Made by a program: the position numbers and the translations under genes
The notes under the pieces: model-generated
Database searches by the model: none
The model's input: only the letters and a program-made list of their open reading frames with translations
What the model was told of the DNA's origin: nothing
Source: an uncultured Thermoleophilia bacterium
GTDB lineage: Bacteria > Actinomycetota > Thermoleophilia > Gaiellales > Gaiellaceae
Length of the DNA: 64,000 nt
Direction: 5' to 3'
NCBI GenBank assembly: GCA_963762675.1
Contig: CAVXLS010000009.1
Span: forward strand, 84,756 to 148,755
In this document: piece by piece, positions 48,035 to 56,640 of the stretch
How the letters are laid out: the number at the start of each line of letters is the position of its first letter
How positions within the stretch are numbered: the first letter of the stretch is position 1

Positions 48035-48816
48035 AGGCCGTCCTCCGGAGACTCCCGTACGGCGCTCTCGCCCAGGTAGGCCGCGGCGACGTCGAGGTTG
48101 GCGCGAATCTCGTCCGGCGTCCCCTCGGCGAGCGTCTCGCCCCGGTCGAGGACCTGGATGCGGTCGCAGACGTCCATGATCAGCGCCATGTTGTGGTCGA
48201 TGAGCAGGACGCCTGCGCCGTGCTCGTCACGAACCGAGCGCACCGCCGCGGCGAAGCTCGGGACCTCCGCCTCGGGTAGGCCGGCGGCGGGCTCGTCGAG
48301 GAGGACGAAGCTCGGCCTGCCGGCGAGCGCGCGGGCGACCCCCAGGCGTCGCTCGTTGCCGTGCGCGAGACCCGCCGCGGGTGCGTCCGCGTAGGCGGCG
48401 AGACCGAGCAGCTCGAGCAGCGCGGCTGCGCGCCGAGCCGCCTCGCGCGGGGAGGCGCCGATGCCGATTGCGGACACCTCGACGTTCTCGCGCACCGAGA
48501 GCGAGCGAAACGCGTGGCTGTGCTGGAACGTCCGTGCGAGCCCGTGCCGGCCGCGCCTGTGCGCCGGCCAGCGGGTCACGTCCCGGTCCCCGAGCAGCAC
48601 CTGGCCGCTGCTCGGACGGTCGAAGCCGCTGAGCACGTTGACGAGCGTCGACTTGCCCGCCCCGTTCGGGCCGATGAGGCCGACGACCTCGCCGGAATGC
48701 AGCTCGAGCGAGACGCCGCTGAGCGCCTGAACGCCCTGGAACGAACGGGACACGGAGGAGGCCCGGAGCGATCCTCCGGGCCTCCTCTCCGCATCACGCA
48801 TCGCGACTGCCGTCAC
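48031..48816 (-). CDS. Branched-chain amino-acid-type ABC ATP-binding protein (LivG-like), second system
   Basis: GPNGAGKSTLVNVLSG, LAHGNERRLGVARAL, FVLLDEPAAGL, LIDHNMALIMDVCDRIQVL. The start is uncertain: GTG at 48816 or ATG at 48801. Confidence 0.85.
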   Translation of the reverse strand: MTAVAMRDAERRPGGSLRASSVSRSFQGVQALSGVSLELHSGEVVGLIGPNGAGKSTLVNVLSGFDRPSSGQVLLGDRDVTRWPAHRRGRHGLARTFQHSHAFRSLSVRENVEVSAIGIGASPREAARRAAALLELLGLAAYADAPAAGLAHGNERRLGVARALAGRPSFVLLDEPAAGLPEAEVPSFAAAVRSVRDEHGAGVLLIDHNMALIMDVCDRIQVLDRGETLAEGTPDEIRANLDVAAAYLGESAVRESPEDGL

Positions 48817-48821
48817 GGCTC

Positions 48822-50009
48822 CTAGATATTGGGAACGACCTTGGCTCGAACCGTCCCGACCTCGCGCGGCTTGTTGTTCTGGATCTCGATCACGCGGTAC
48901 TTCCGCCCGAAGACCGTGTGCAGCTTCTTCGAGAAGCTGACCCACCCGGACAGGGTCGGAACGTTGTGGAACTTCTGCATCACCGCCGCGAGCGTGGCGC
49001 CGTTGGTCGAGCCGTGCGCCCGCCGGATCGCCGTCGCGACGCCGTCGATCGCGGCCGGGCCGGCGATGAACCCGCCCGTCGCCGCGTGCACCTGCTTCGC
49101 GAGCTTGTTGACCGCCTGGCTCGGATCCTGGCCGAACGCGTTCGCGAACGTGACGAACCAGTAGTTCGTCACGGGCGGGTTCTTCGGCAGCCAGTACGTG
49201 CCGTCACCGGCCCACGAGTTGAGGATCGGCGTGTCGTTGCCGAGCGAGCGCAGCCCCGAGACGAGCGTCGAGAGGGCGCCGAAGGCACCTGCCGTCGACG
49301 TGACGATCACGTCGGCGCTCTTGCCGTTCAGGCGGCTGACGACGTTCTGGACGTTGTTGCCGCCGAGCGACTGGTACGTCTCGGAGTCCACGATCTTGCC
49401 GCCGAGCTGCTTCCAGCGGGCCTGGAAGGCGGCCGTCACGTCCTTGAAGTAGACGATCACGGTGTCGGTCGCGATCGCGGCCGTCCGCCAGCCCTTGCTC
49501 CAGGCGAACTGCGCCATCGCCGACCCCTCGTCCTGGGCCACGTTGCCGAAGCTGAAGGCGAGCTTGCCCTTCGCTCCGAAGCGCTTCGGGCCCATCTGGT
49601 CGGTGCCGATGCACGGCGCGATCGTGAGCAGGCCGCGGTTGAGCGCCTCCTGCACGACCGGCGCGGCGAGGTCGACGTCGCACGTCGTGAAGATGACGTT
49701 CGCGCCCTGCCCGATCAGCTTGTCGGCGCAGGCCTTGGCGACCGCCGGCTTGTTGTTCTGCGTGTCGCACGTCTTGATCTCGAGCGGGCGGCCCATGACA
49801 CCGCCGTGCACGTTGATCTGTTTCACGCGGATCTGCGCCGCCGCGAGCGCGGGGCCGTCGAAGGGTGCCATCGCTCCCTTCGCATCGAACGCCCAGCCGA
49901 TCACGATCGGCTTCGCCGCCTGGACCGCCGCCGCTGCGGTCGCGGCGAGGACGAGCGCCGCAGCGGCAGCAATGACGAGCGCGATCCGCGCCCGTGTGCT
50001 TCCCGTCAT
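48822..50009 (-). CDS. ABC transporter substrate-binding protein (Leu/Ile/Val-binding type I PBP family), second system
   Basis: Signal peptide MTGSTRARIALVIAAAAALVLAATAAAAVQA, then IVIGWAFDAKGAMAPFDGPAL...GRPLEIKTCDTQNN. Confidence 0.88.
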   Translation of the reverse strand: MTGSTRARIALVIAAAAALVLAATAAAAVQAAKPIVIGWAFDAKGAMAPFDGPALAAAQIRVKQINVHGGVMGRPLEIKTCDTQNNKPAVAKACADKLIGQGANVIFTTCDVDLAAPVVQEALNRGLLTIAPCIGTDQMGPKRFGAKGKLAFSFGNVAQDEGSAMAQFAWSKGWRTAAIATDTVIVYFKDVTAAFQARWKQLGGKIVDSETYQSLGGNNVQNVVSRLNGKSADVIVTSTAGAFGALSTLVSGLRSLGNDTPILNSWAGDGTYWLPKNPPVTNYWFVTFANAFGQDPSQAVNKLAKQVHAATGGFIAGPAAIDGVATAIRRAHGSTNGATLAAVMQKFHNVPTLSGWVSFSKKLHTVFGRKYRVIEIQNNKPREVGTVRAKVVPNI

Positions 50010-50918
50010 GTTTCTCCTCTCTGGGCCGCAGGTGCCGCGACCCTCCGTTCATGCCAACAGCCGACGAAGCCCATCCGGCCCCGTCGCACGAGCTCACCTG
50101 GTTCGACGTCCCAGAGCGAGTCTGGATAGGCGCTCCCGAAGACGCCGTTGTCCGAGAAGACCTCGAGGTCGTAGAAGCCGTCCCAGCCCGCGCGCTCGAG
50201 CGCACCGAGGATCGCGGGCAGGTCGGCGGCGCCGTCACCGGGGAGGGCGCGGTCGGCCCAGCCGCGGGTCGGCTCTCGCCAGTCGTTCACGTGGACGCCG
50301 GCGATCAGGTCGCGCGTGACGGCCGATCTCCTCCGACAGCTCCGGCGTGTTCCAGAGGTGCCAGACGTCGAACTGGACACCGATCGAGTCGCTGCCGACC
50401 TCCTCGATCAGCTCGGCCGCGTCCGTCAGCGTGTTCACGAGCGACCAGTCCTCGATTCCCTCGCGCTGGAACGGCTCGAGCGCAAGCCGGACGCCCGCGC
50501 CTTCCGCCTCCACCGCCACCGTGCGGAGCCCGTCCACGACGACCGCCCGCGCCTGGTCGGGGTCGCGGTCGCCGGCGGGCCCCGTGAGGCACACGACCGC
50601 GGTGGGCGAGAAGGCTGCGAGACGGTGCAGCGACGCGCACAGCGCGTCGATCCGCGCCTGCGGGTCGTCCGGTCCCGGAAGCAGCGGTAGCGGCAGGATC
50701 GAGGGCACCGCCGGCACCGCGGACGCCGACCCGAGCCCGCTCGCCGCAAGCTGCTCGAGCGCGGCGGCGTCCGGGCCGTCGCCGAGCTTCTGCTCCCAGA
50801 CCCCGATCCCGTCGACTCCCGCGGCCGCGTAGGCACGCACGTCGTCGGCGAAGCTGGCAGCGAACGTGCTCACCTGAGAGACCGAGAAGAGTGGGAGGCT
50901 CTGGGTTCCGCTCGACAC
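50006..50918 (-). pseudogene. Sugar-phosphate isomerase/epimerase (xylose-isomerase-like TIM barrel). One +1 frame break near 50323.
   Basis: LFSVSQVSTFAASFADDVRAYAAAGVDGIGVWEQKL...LALEPFQREG...GVQFDVWHLWNTPELSEEI is in one frame. AVTRDLIAGVHVNDW...GWDGFYDLEVFSD is in the next. The start is uncertain (GTG at 50918 chosen). Confidence 0.75.
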
Positions 50919-50932
50919 GCGAGGTGAGATCG

Positions 50933-50948
50933 TGTCACGCGTTTGACA
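50933..50948. promoter_or_regulatory. Candidate GntR-type operator (TGTCA-N6-TGACA) in the isomerase / GntR divergent intergenic region
   Basis: An inverted repeat TGTCACGCGTTTGACA fits the GT-Nx-AC core used by GntR/FadR regulators. Its right arm also forms a perfect TTGACA hexamer on the plus strand. I saw no convincing -10 element. Confidence 0.25.
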
Positions 50949-51027
50949 TCTGATCAAGTGTGGTTCACGCTCGATCTTCGTGGAGCCGACGCTGCGACCG
51001 GGTGGCGCCGCCGTCCGCCACCGGACG

Positions 51028-51738
51028 ATGGCCGAAGCGGCACTCGAGCGCCTGCGAGAGGCGATCATCCTCGGCGAGCTGACGCCGGGAACGCCGCTCC
51101 GGCTGGAGGATCTCGCACGCTCGCTCGGGATGAGCATCTCGCCGATCCGGGAGGCGGTCCGGCAGCTCGAGGCGCTCGGGCTCGCGGAGCACGTCCCGCA
51201 CCACGGCGCGAAGGTGATGGGGCTCGAGGTGGAGGAGCTGCGAGAGCTGTTCTCGATCCGCCTGGCGCTCGAGACGATGGCCGTGCGGCGCGCCGCGGGG
51301 CTGTTCGAGGCTGCAGACGAGGCACGCGGCCGGGAGGAGCTGGCCGCGTTCGACGCCGCACGACGCGGCGGCGACATGCGGGCGGCCGTCCGCTCGCACA
51401 CGTCGTTCCACTTCACCCTCTACGAGGCGGCGCGCTCCGCCTGGCTGCTACGCCTGATCCGGCCGTCGTGGGACAGCTGCGAGCGCTACCGCCCGGTTCT
51501 GCTCGGGGCAACCGGCGCGTTGCAGGATCGACACGCCGAGCTCGACGTCGAGCTCCTGGAGGCGTGCGTCGCGCGCGACCCCGAGCGTGCGGCGGCAGCT
51601 CTGCACGCCCATCTCGAGCTCGCGACCGACATCTACACGGTCGAGCTCGCGGGGCGCAGCGATCTTCGCATTCTGAGAGCGTGGGGGAACCCCTGGTTCC
51701 CCCACGTGCCCCCTCCTCTGCGTCGGCGACGAGGTTGA
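51028..51738 (+). CDS. GntR-family transcriptional regulator (FadR/FCD type). The last 18 codons are encoded by the repeat unit.
   Basis: MAEAALERLREAIILGELTPGTPLRLEDLARSLGMSISPIREAVRQLEALGL is a winged helix-turn-helix, followed by an FCD-like helical domain. The ORF reads through 51681-51719 (WGNPWFPHVPPPL...). Confidence 0.82.
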   Translation: MAEAALERLREAIILGELTPGTPLRLEDLARSLGMSISPIREAVRQLEALGLAEHVPHHGAKVMGLEVEELRELFSIRLALETMAVRRAAGLFEAADEARGREELAAFDAARRGGDMRAAVRSHTSFHFTLYEAARSAWLLRLIRPSWDSCERYRPVLLGATGALQDRHAELDVELLEACVARDPERAAAALHAHLELATDIYTVELAGRSDLRILRAWGNPWFPHVPPPLRRRRG

Positions 51739-51980
51739 TCGTTGGTGGGCGCTCCGGGGAGAGCGCGGTCTCCCCTGCGCGCGCGACCGTCTGCGTCTCC
51801 CAGAAGGACGCGGGGCGAAGGAAGGCGCTGCGTCGCCGGTGGCGCCCTACGGGCGTCTCCGCCGACGTGGGTCCGCCTGCGGCCAACGTCGCTGACGCAT
51901 CTGGTTGGCCTCCGGCTGTTGGGTCTGTGGCGGGCGACGGTCTACCCCTCAGGGAATCGCGGGCCTTCCGTCGCGCGGAG
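51681..51980. repeat. Second, right-truncated copy (copy B) of the nested-palindrome element
   Basis: 51681-51719 is identical (39/39) to 20268-20306. 51745-51775 is identical to the reverse complement of 20627-20657. The central hairpin region (about 51835-51917) aligns to 20469-20561 with substitutions. Similarity ends near 51980, with no right inverted arms. Confidence 0.8.
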
Positions 51981-52001
51981 TCCCCCGTGCGAACGAGGCG
52001 C

Positions 52002-53613
52002 CTATCGCCCCGCCAGAGCGCGCGCTCGGGCCAGCGCCCGTTGCGGAAGCGGCGGCCTGAGCAGCTCCTCCGCGACAAGCGTCCCCGACCCGGCGCCGAG
52101 CCCGGGACCCGGGCCAGGTGCTCGCGCCGATCTGCCAGAGACGCTCCACCGGCGTCGCGTGGCCCGGGCTACCCGGAAACGGCCGCCACAGGAAGTTCTG
52201 GTCGAGCGAGAGGGCTCCCCCGTACGGATCGCCATGGCGAAGGTTGACGTTCGCCCGTTCGAGATCGTGCGGTCCAAGCGCAACGCGTTGCAGGATCGAC
52301 GACTCGAGGTTCGGGACGTGCTGGGCGAGCCGCGCCTGGATGCGGTCCGCGTAGCGCTCGCGCAGCTCGTCCGTCCACTCGCCCGAGCCGGTGTCGATCG
52401 CCCCGGCGGCGTCGCCCTTGACCCGCCACGGCAGCTCCTGGAGCTGGATCCAGAGGATGCCTCGACCCTCGGGCGCACGCGACGGGTCGAGCGTCGAGGG
52501 CTGCCCGCAGACGATCGTCGCCTCGGCGGGAAGCAGACCGCGGTCCGCCTCGTTCACGGCGCGCGAGACGCCGTCGAGGCCGGGTGTCACGTGCACGATC
52601 GCCGTCCGCCCGAGGCGCTCGTCCCCCGCCCAGCGGACCGGCTCCGACAGCGCGTAGTGGATCTGCATCTCGGCCCGCCCGTAACGGAAGCTCATCGCCC
52701 CGTCGCGCGCCATGGACGGAACGTCGGTCTCGGCGAGCAGCCGCTCGTACAGCTGGGTCGGAGTCACGCTCGCCACCACGGCCCGCTCGGCCGTGACGGT
52801 CTCGTCGCCCACCAGACGAACGCCGACGGCGCGGCCCGAACGGACGAGCACCGCTTCGACGTCGCTGCCGGTCTCGCAGACGCCTCCGTGGTCGCGAATC
52901 AGCCGCACGAGCGCGTCCGCGAGCTTCGCGCCGCCGCCGCGCGGCACGGGCATCCCACCCTCCTGGACGGCCACGGCGATCACCTGCGTCATGAAGCCGG
53001 ACGCAGCCTGGTCGGGCCCGAGCCCGGTGTGCAGCACCCACGGCGCGAGCAGCGCATGCGCGCGCTCCGCGGCGAACGTCGTCTCCAGCCAGTCCCGGCT
53101 CGTCTGCAGCACCTCGCCGAGGAAGGCGAGCGACCCGGCGCGCCCGAAGCGGCGAAGCGCCTTTCCGGCGAGGGCGAGGCCCGCCGCCGACCAGAGCTCG
53201 GTGCCGAGCACGCCGAAGGCGAGGTCGGCGTTCGGGAAGAACCGCTCGAGCACGCGCGGCCACTCCGGCCCGAGCTCCACGGTGTTCTCCTCGGCCGTCC
53301 GGAGGAGGAAGGTCGCGCCGCCGTCGGGGAGCGCGGTGGCGGTCGGCAGCTCGGTGTTCAGGTACTCGAGGCCGCGCGCCGCGAGCTCGTCCCCGAGCCG
53401 GGCGTGTGCGGCGCCGCCGACCCAGAGCGGGTGCCAGGCGCTGAAGACGTCGTGCAGGAACCCGGGCTCGGTCAGCTCCTCGGTCTTGATCGCACCGCCG
53501 AGCCAGTCGTTCCGCTCGAGCACGCACACCCGCCACCCCGCGCGCGCGAGCAGGGCGCCGCAGGCAAGCGAGTTGACGCCGCCGCCGACAAGGACTGCGT
53601 CGAAGTCGGCCAC
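52002..53613 (-). pseudogene. FAD-dependent oxidoreductase, phytoene desaturase (CrtI)-like family. One +1 frame break near 52108.
   Basis: MADFDAVLVGGGVNSLACGALLARAGWRVCVLERNDWLGG is the dinucleotide-binding motif. The C-terminal LWQIGASTWPG continues in the +1 frame as PGLGAGSGTLVAEELL...*. Confidence 0.82.
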
Positions 53614-53678
53614 CGCCGAGAACTACCCGCCGATCCGATACGTGCAGCTCGGCGAGCCGGTCCAGATGAGGTCGTCGC

Positions 53679-54836
53679 TCATACGGTCACGATCCCGTCC
53701 GGGAACGGCGAGAGCTTCTCGGCCCCGTCCTTGCCGATCAGGAAGTTGTCCTCGACGCGCAACCCGCCGCCGCCCTCCCAGTAGACGCCCGGCTCGATCG
53801 CCAGCACCATGCCCTCCTCGAAGACGCCGCCGCCCGCCTGGTGCGGATACGGCGGCTCGTGCGCCCGTGCGCCGACGCCGTGGCAGATCGGGTGCGACGG
53901 CTGGCCCGGATACCCGATCTCGGCGAGCCCGTCGCGGACGAGCCGATCGAGCTCCGCCATCGAGGCGCCGGGCCGAACGAACTCCACCGCCCGTCGGTAG
54001 ACGCCCATGAGCCCGCGTTCGAGCTCTTCATAGTCCTTTCGCAGCTGCGAAAGGACCAGGTTCTTGGTGTGGTCGGCCCAGTAGCCGTCCGCGCACACCC
54101 AGATCTCGAAGAGAACGGGCTCGCCCTCGACCACGGGCAGCTCACCGGTCGCGGTGAAGGTCTTGATCCCCTTCCCGGCCCAGACGAGCGAGAACGGCAG
54201 CGCGAGCTCGACCTTGCCGCGCCAGCCGGTACCGGCCCCGTGGACGTAGCCCTGCCACAGCGCGGCCGCCTCCGACTCCTTCATGAAGGGGCGCAGGTGT
54301 TCCCGGACGTGATCCATCGCGGCGGCGGCGATCTCGTTCGCGATCCGCAGGCGCTCGACCTCCTGCGCCGTCTTGATCGCGCGCGCCGGCACCAGCACCG
54401 AGGCCACGTCGGCCGCGCCGGGGAAGGCGTCGAACCACGCCTTCGTGAACGTCGTCGGCTCGCCGGCCATCCGGTCGGACGCCTGTGTCCCGAGCGAGAG
54501 CTCGACGCCGACACGCCCGTAGCCGTTTGCCGCCTCGACGACGGCGTCGAGCGTGCGCGAGAGCGGCGGCCGGGGGTCGTCGGGCGCGTAGCCGCGGATC
54601 AGGCGCACCTCGCCGGTCCACGCCATCCGCTCCGCATCCTCGGCGGACGCCTCGAGGCAGATCAGCACCGGCTCGCCGTCGCGCGGGAAGACACACGCCT
54701 CGTAGCCCTTCATGCCCCAGAAGTTCGTCAGGTAGAGGACGTTGTCGGGCGCGCGGACGACGAGCGCGTCGAGCCCGGCCTCCTCCATGAGCGCTCGCAC
54801 GCGGGCGAGCTTCGCGTCGTCGCGGGGCCAGGGCAT
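53679..54836 (-). CDS. M24-family Xaa-Pro dipeptidase/aminopeptidase-like protein
   Basis: Creatinase-type N-domain (LARVRALMEEAGLDALVV) and a C-domain with FEIWVCADGYWADHTKN, ICHGVGARAHE, VLAIEPGVY and LRVEDNFLI. Confidence 0.85.
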   Translation of the reverse strand: MPWPRDDAKLARVRALMEEAGLDALVVRAPDNVLYLTNFWGMKGYEACVFPRDGEPVLICLEASAEDAERMAWTGEVRLIRGYAPDDPRPPLSRTLDAVVEAANGYGRVGVELSLGTQASDRMAGEPTTFTKAWFDAFPGAADVASVLVPARAIKTAQEVERLRIANEIAAAAMDHVREHLRPFMKESEAAALWQGYVHGAGTGWRGKVELALPFSLVWAGKGIKTFTATGELPVVEGEPVLFEIWVCADGYWADHTKNLVLSQLRKDYEELERGLMGVYRRAVEFVRPGASMAELDRLVRDGLAEIGYPGQPSHPICHGVGARAHEPPYPHQAGGGVFEEGMVLAIEPGVYWEGGGGLRVEDNFLIGKDGAEKLSPFPDGIVTV

Positions 54837-54837
54837 C

Positions 54838-55821
54838 TCAGACGTAGTGCTCTTCGGAGTGCCGCCGCTCGCGATCGTGGTCGACCATCATCCTCACGAG
54901 CTCCGGGAAGCGCACGCTCGGCTCCCAGCCGAGCTTCTCCTTCGCCTTCGAGTAGTCGCCGATCAGCACGTCGACCTCGGCGGGACGGAAGTAGCGCGGG
55001 TCGATCTTCACGTGCTGCTGCCAGTCGAGGCCGGCATAGCCGAAGGCCTCTTCGAGGAACTCGCGCACCGAGTGGGTCTCGCCGGTCGCCAGCACGTAGT
55101 CGTCGGGCTCCTCGGCCTGCAGCATCCGCCAGGCCCCGTCCATGTAGTCGCGCGCGAAGCCCCAGTCGCGCTTCGCCTCGAGGTTGCCGAGCAGCAGCTC
55201 ATCCTGCTCGCCGCGCAGGATCGCTCCGACCGCCCGCGTGATCTTGCGGGTGACGAAGGTCGGGCCGCGGCGCGGCGACTCGTGGTTGAAGAGGATCCCG
55301 TTGACCGCGTACATGCCGTACGCCTCGCGGTAGTTGCGCGTGATCCAGTACCCGAACGCCTTCGCGGCGCCGTACGGGCTGCGCGGGTGGAACGGCGTCT
55401 CCTCGGTCTGCGGCGTCTCGCGCACCTGGCCGAACATCTCGCTCGAGCCCGCCTGGTAGAAGCGGCAGCGAACGCCCTCCTCGCGGATCGCGTCGAGGAG
55501 CCGAAGCGTGCCGAGCGCGGCGATGTCGGCCGTGTACTCGGGAATGTCGAAGCTGACCCGCACGTGGCTCTGGGCGCCGAGGTTGTAGACCTCGTCCGGG
55601 CGGATCGTGCGCATCAGCTGGTTCATCACCGAGCCGTCTGCGAGGTCGCCGAAGACGAGCTCGACCTCCTTGAAGACGTGGTCGATCCGCGCGGTGTTGA
55701 ACGAGCTCGAGCGGCGGATCATCCCGTAGACCTCGTAGTCGCGCTCGAGCAGGATCTCGACGAGGTACGAGCCGTCCTGGCCCGTGATGCCGGTGATGAA
55801 CGCCTTGCGCTTCGCGGCCAT
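54838..55821 (-). CDS. gmd: GDP-mannose 4,6-dehydratase
   Basis: [38 protein letters not shown]...NLGAQSHV...SSEMFG...SPYGAAKAF...[13 protein letters not shown]...[16 protein letters not shown] are hallmark Gmd motifs. Confidence 0.93.
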   Translation of the reverse strand: MAAKRKAFITGITGQDGSYLVEILLERDYEVYGMIRRSSSFNTARIDHVFKEVELVFGDLADGSVMNQLMRTIRPDEVYNLGAQSHVRVSFDIPEYTADIAALGTLRLLDAIREEGVRCRFYQAGSSEMFGQVRETPQTEETPFHPRSPYGAAKAFGYWITRNYREAYGMYAVNGILFNHESPRRGPTFVTRKITRAVGAILRGEQDELLLGNLEAKRDWGFARDYMDGAWRMLQAEEPDDYVLATGETHSVREFLEEAFGYAGLDWQQHVKIDPRYFRPAEVDVLIGDYSKAKEKLGWEPSVRFPELVRMMVDHDRERRHSEEHYV

Positions 55822-55833
55822 CGGCTTCCCCTT

Positions 55834-56058
55834 CTACCAGCGGACGCGCGGCGATGCGGGCTCGCCGTGCGCCTCCTGCCAGGAGACGAACGGATTGCGC
55901 AGGACGCCGAACCGCTCGATCTCCGCCTCGATCACGTCGCCCGGCTCGAGGTACAGCGAGGCCGGATCCTCGCTGAAGCCGGCCACGCCCGAGACCGTGC
56001 CGGGCGAGAGCGCCGAGTAGTGGGCCGGCACCTCGCAGTCGCAGGAGACGAGCTTCAA
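55834..56058 (-). pseudogene. C-terminal remnant (about 74 codons) of a fumarylacetoacetate-hydrolase (FAH)-family gene
   Basis: SPGTVSGVAGFSEDPASLYLEPGDVIEAEIERFGVLRNPFV matches the last strands of FAH-family enzymes (GTPxGVG...L.PGDvvevEIeglG.LrNpv). No upstream FAH sequence is present, because Bcp ends at 56055. Confidence 0.5.
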
Positions 56059-56603
56059 CGCCGTCCCCGCAGCCAGTCGAGGACGTCGCCGGCGTTCGCA
56101 TCCGGCGGGAACACGGGATAGAACACCTTCACGATCCGTGCATTCTCCGCCACGAGCGTGATGCGCCTGTAAAGAGTCAGGTCGGCGATCTCGAAGGTCG
56201 GCAGGCCGAGCGCGACGCCGAGACGCCGCTCGGGGTCTGCGATCACGGGAAACGGCATGCGGTTCCGCTCGGCGAACTCGTGCTGGTCGTCGAGGCTCTG
56301 GGCGGAGAGCCCGGCGACGCGGACGCCGACGGCTGTCAGCTCGCCGTGCAGGTCGCGAAAGGCGCACGACTGCGGCGTGCACCCGCGGGCGCCCGGCGTC
56401 TCGTCCCAACCGGGCAGCAGCGGCCGGCCGGGCCTGCCGGCTCGCGGGTAAAGGTAGAGCACGTCGACGTCGTGCACGTTCACCGGTCCGGACGACGAAT
56501 CGAGGACGAGGTCGGGCAGCTCGAGCCCCGGCAGGTGGTCGGCGGCGCCGTCGTCCTCCGGCGCCGGCAGGTTCGGCGGCAGCGGGTAGAGCGCCCCGCT
56601 CAC
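56055..56603 (-). CDS. bcp: Peroxiredoxin, Bcp/AhpC-TSA (redoxin) family
   Basis: LYLYPRAGRPG...PGARGCTPQSCAFRD is a Bcp-type CxxxxC motif; also ...VAGLSAQSLDDQHEFAERNRMPFPVIAD. GTG start. Confidence 0.8.
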   Translation of the reverse strand: MSGALYPLPPNLPAPEDDGAADHLPGLELPDLVLDSSSGPVNVHDVDVLYLYPRAGRPGRPLLPGWDETPGARGCTPQSCAFRDLHGELTAVGVRVAGLSAQSLDDQHEFAERNRMPFPVIADPERRLGVALGLPTFEIADLTLYRRITLVAENARIVKVFYPVFPPDANAGDVLDWLRGRR

Positions 56604-56640
56604 CGATCCGACCCGCAGGCCCGGAGACCACGCGGCTCCC

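Noticed and set aside
604-52115. Programmed +1 ribosomal frameshifting or transcriptional slippage as the explanation for the recurrent +1 frame breaks.
   Set aside because: The sites share no slippery or shifty motif and no downstream stimulatory structure that I can see. They hit unrelated housekeeping and catabolic genes, sometimes twice per gene. A technical insertion bias is far more parsimonious.
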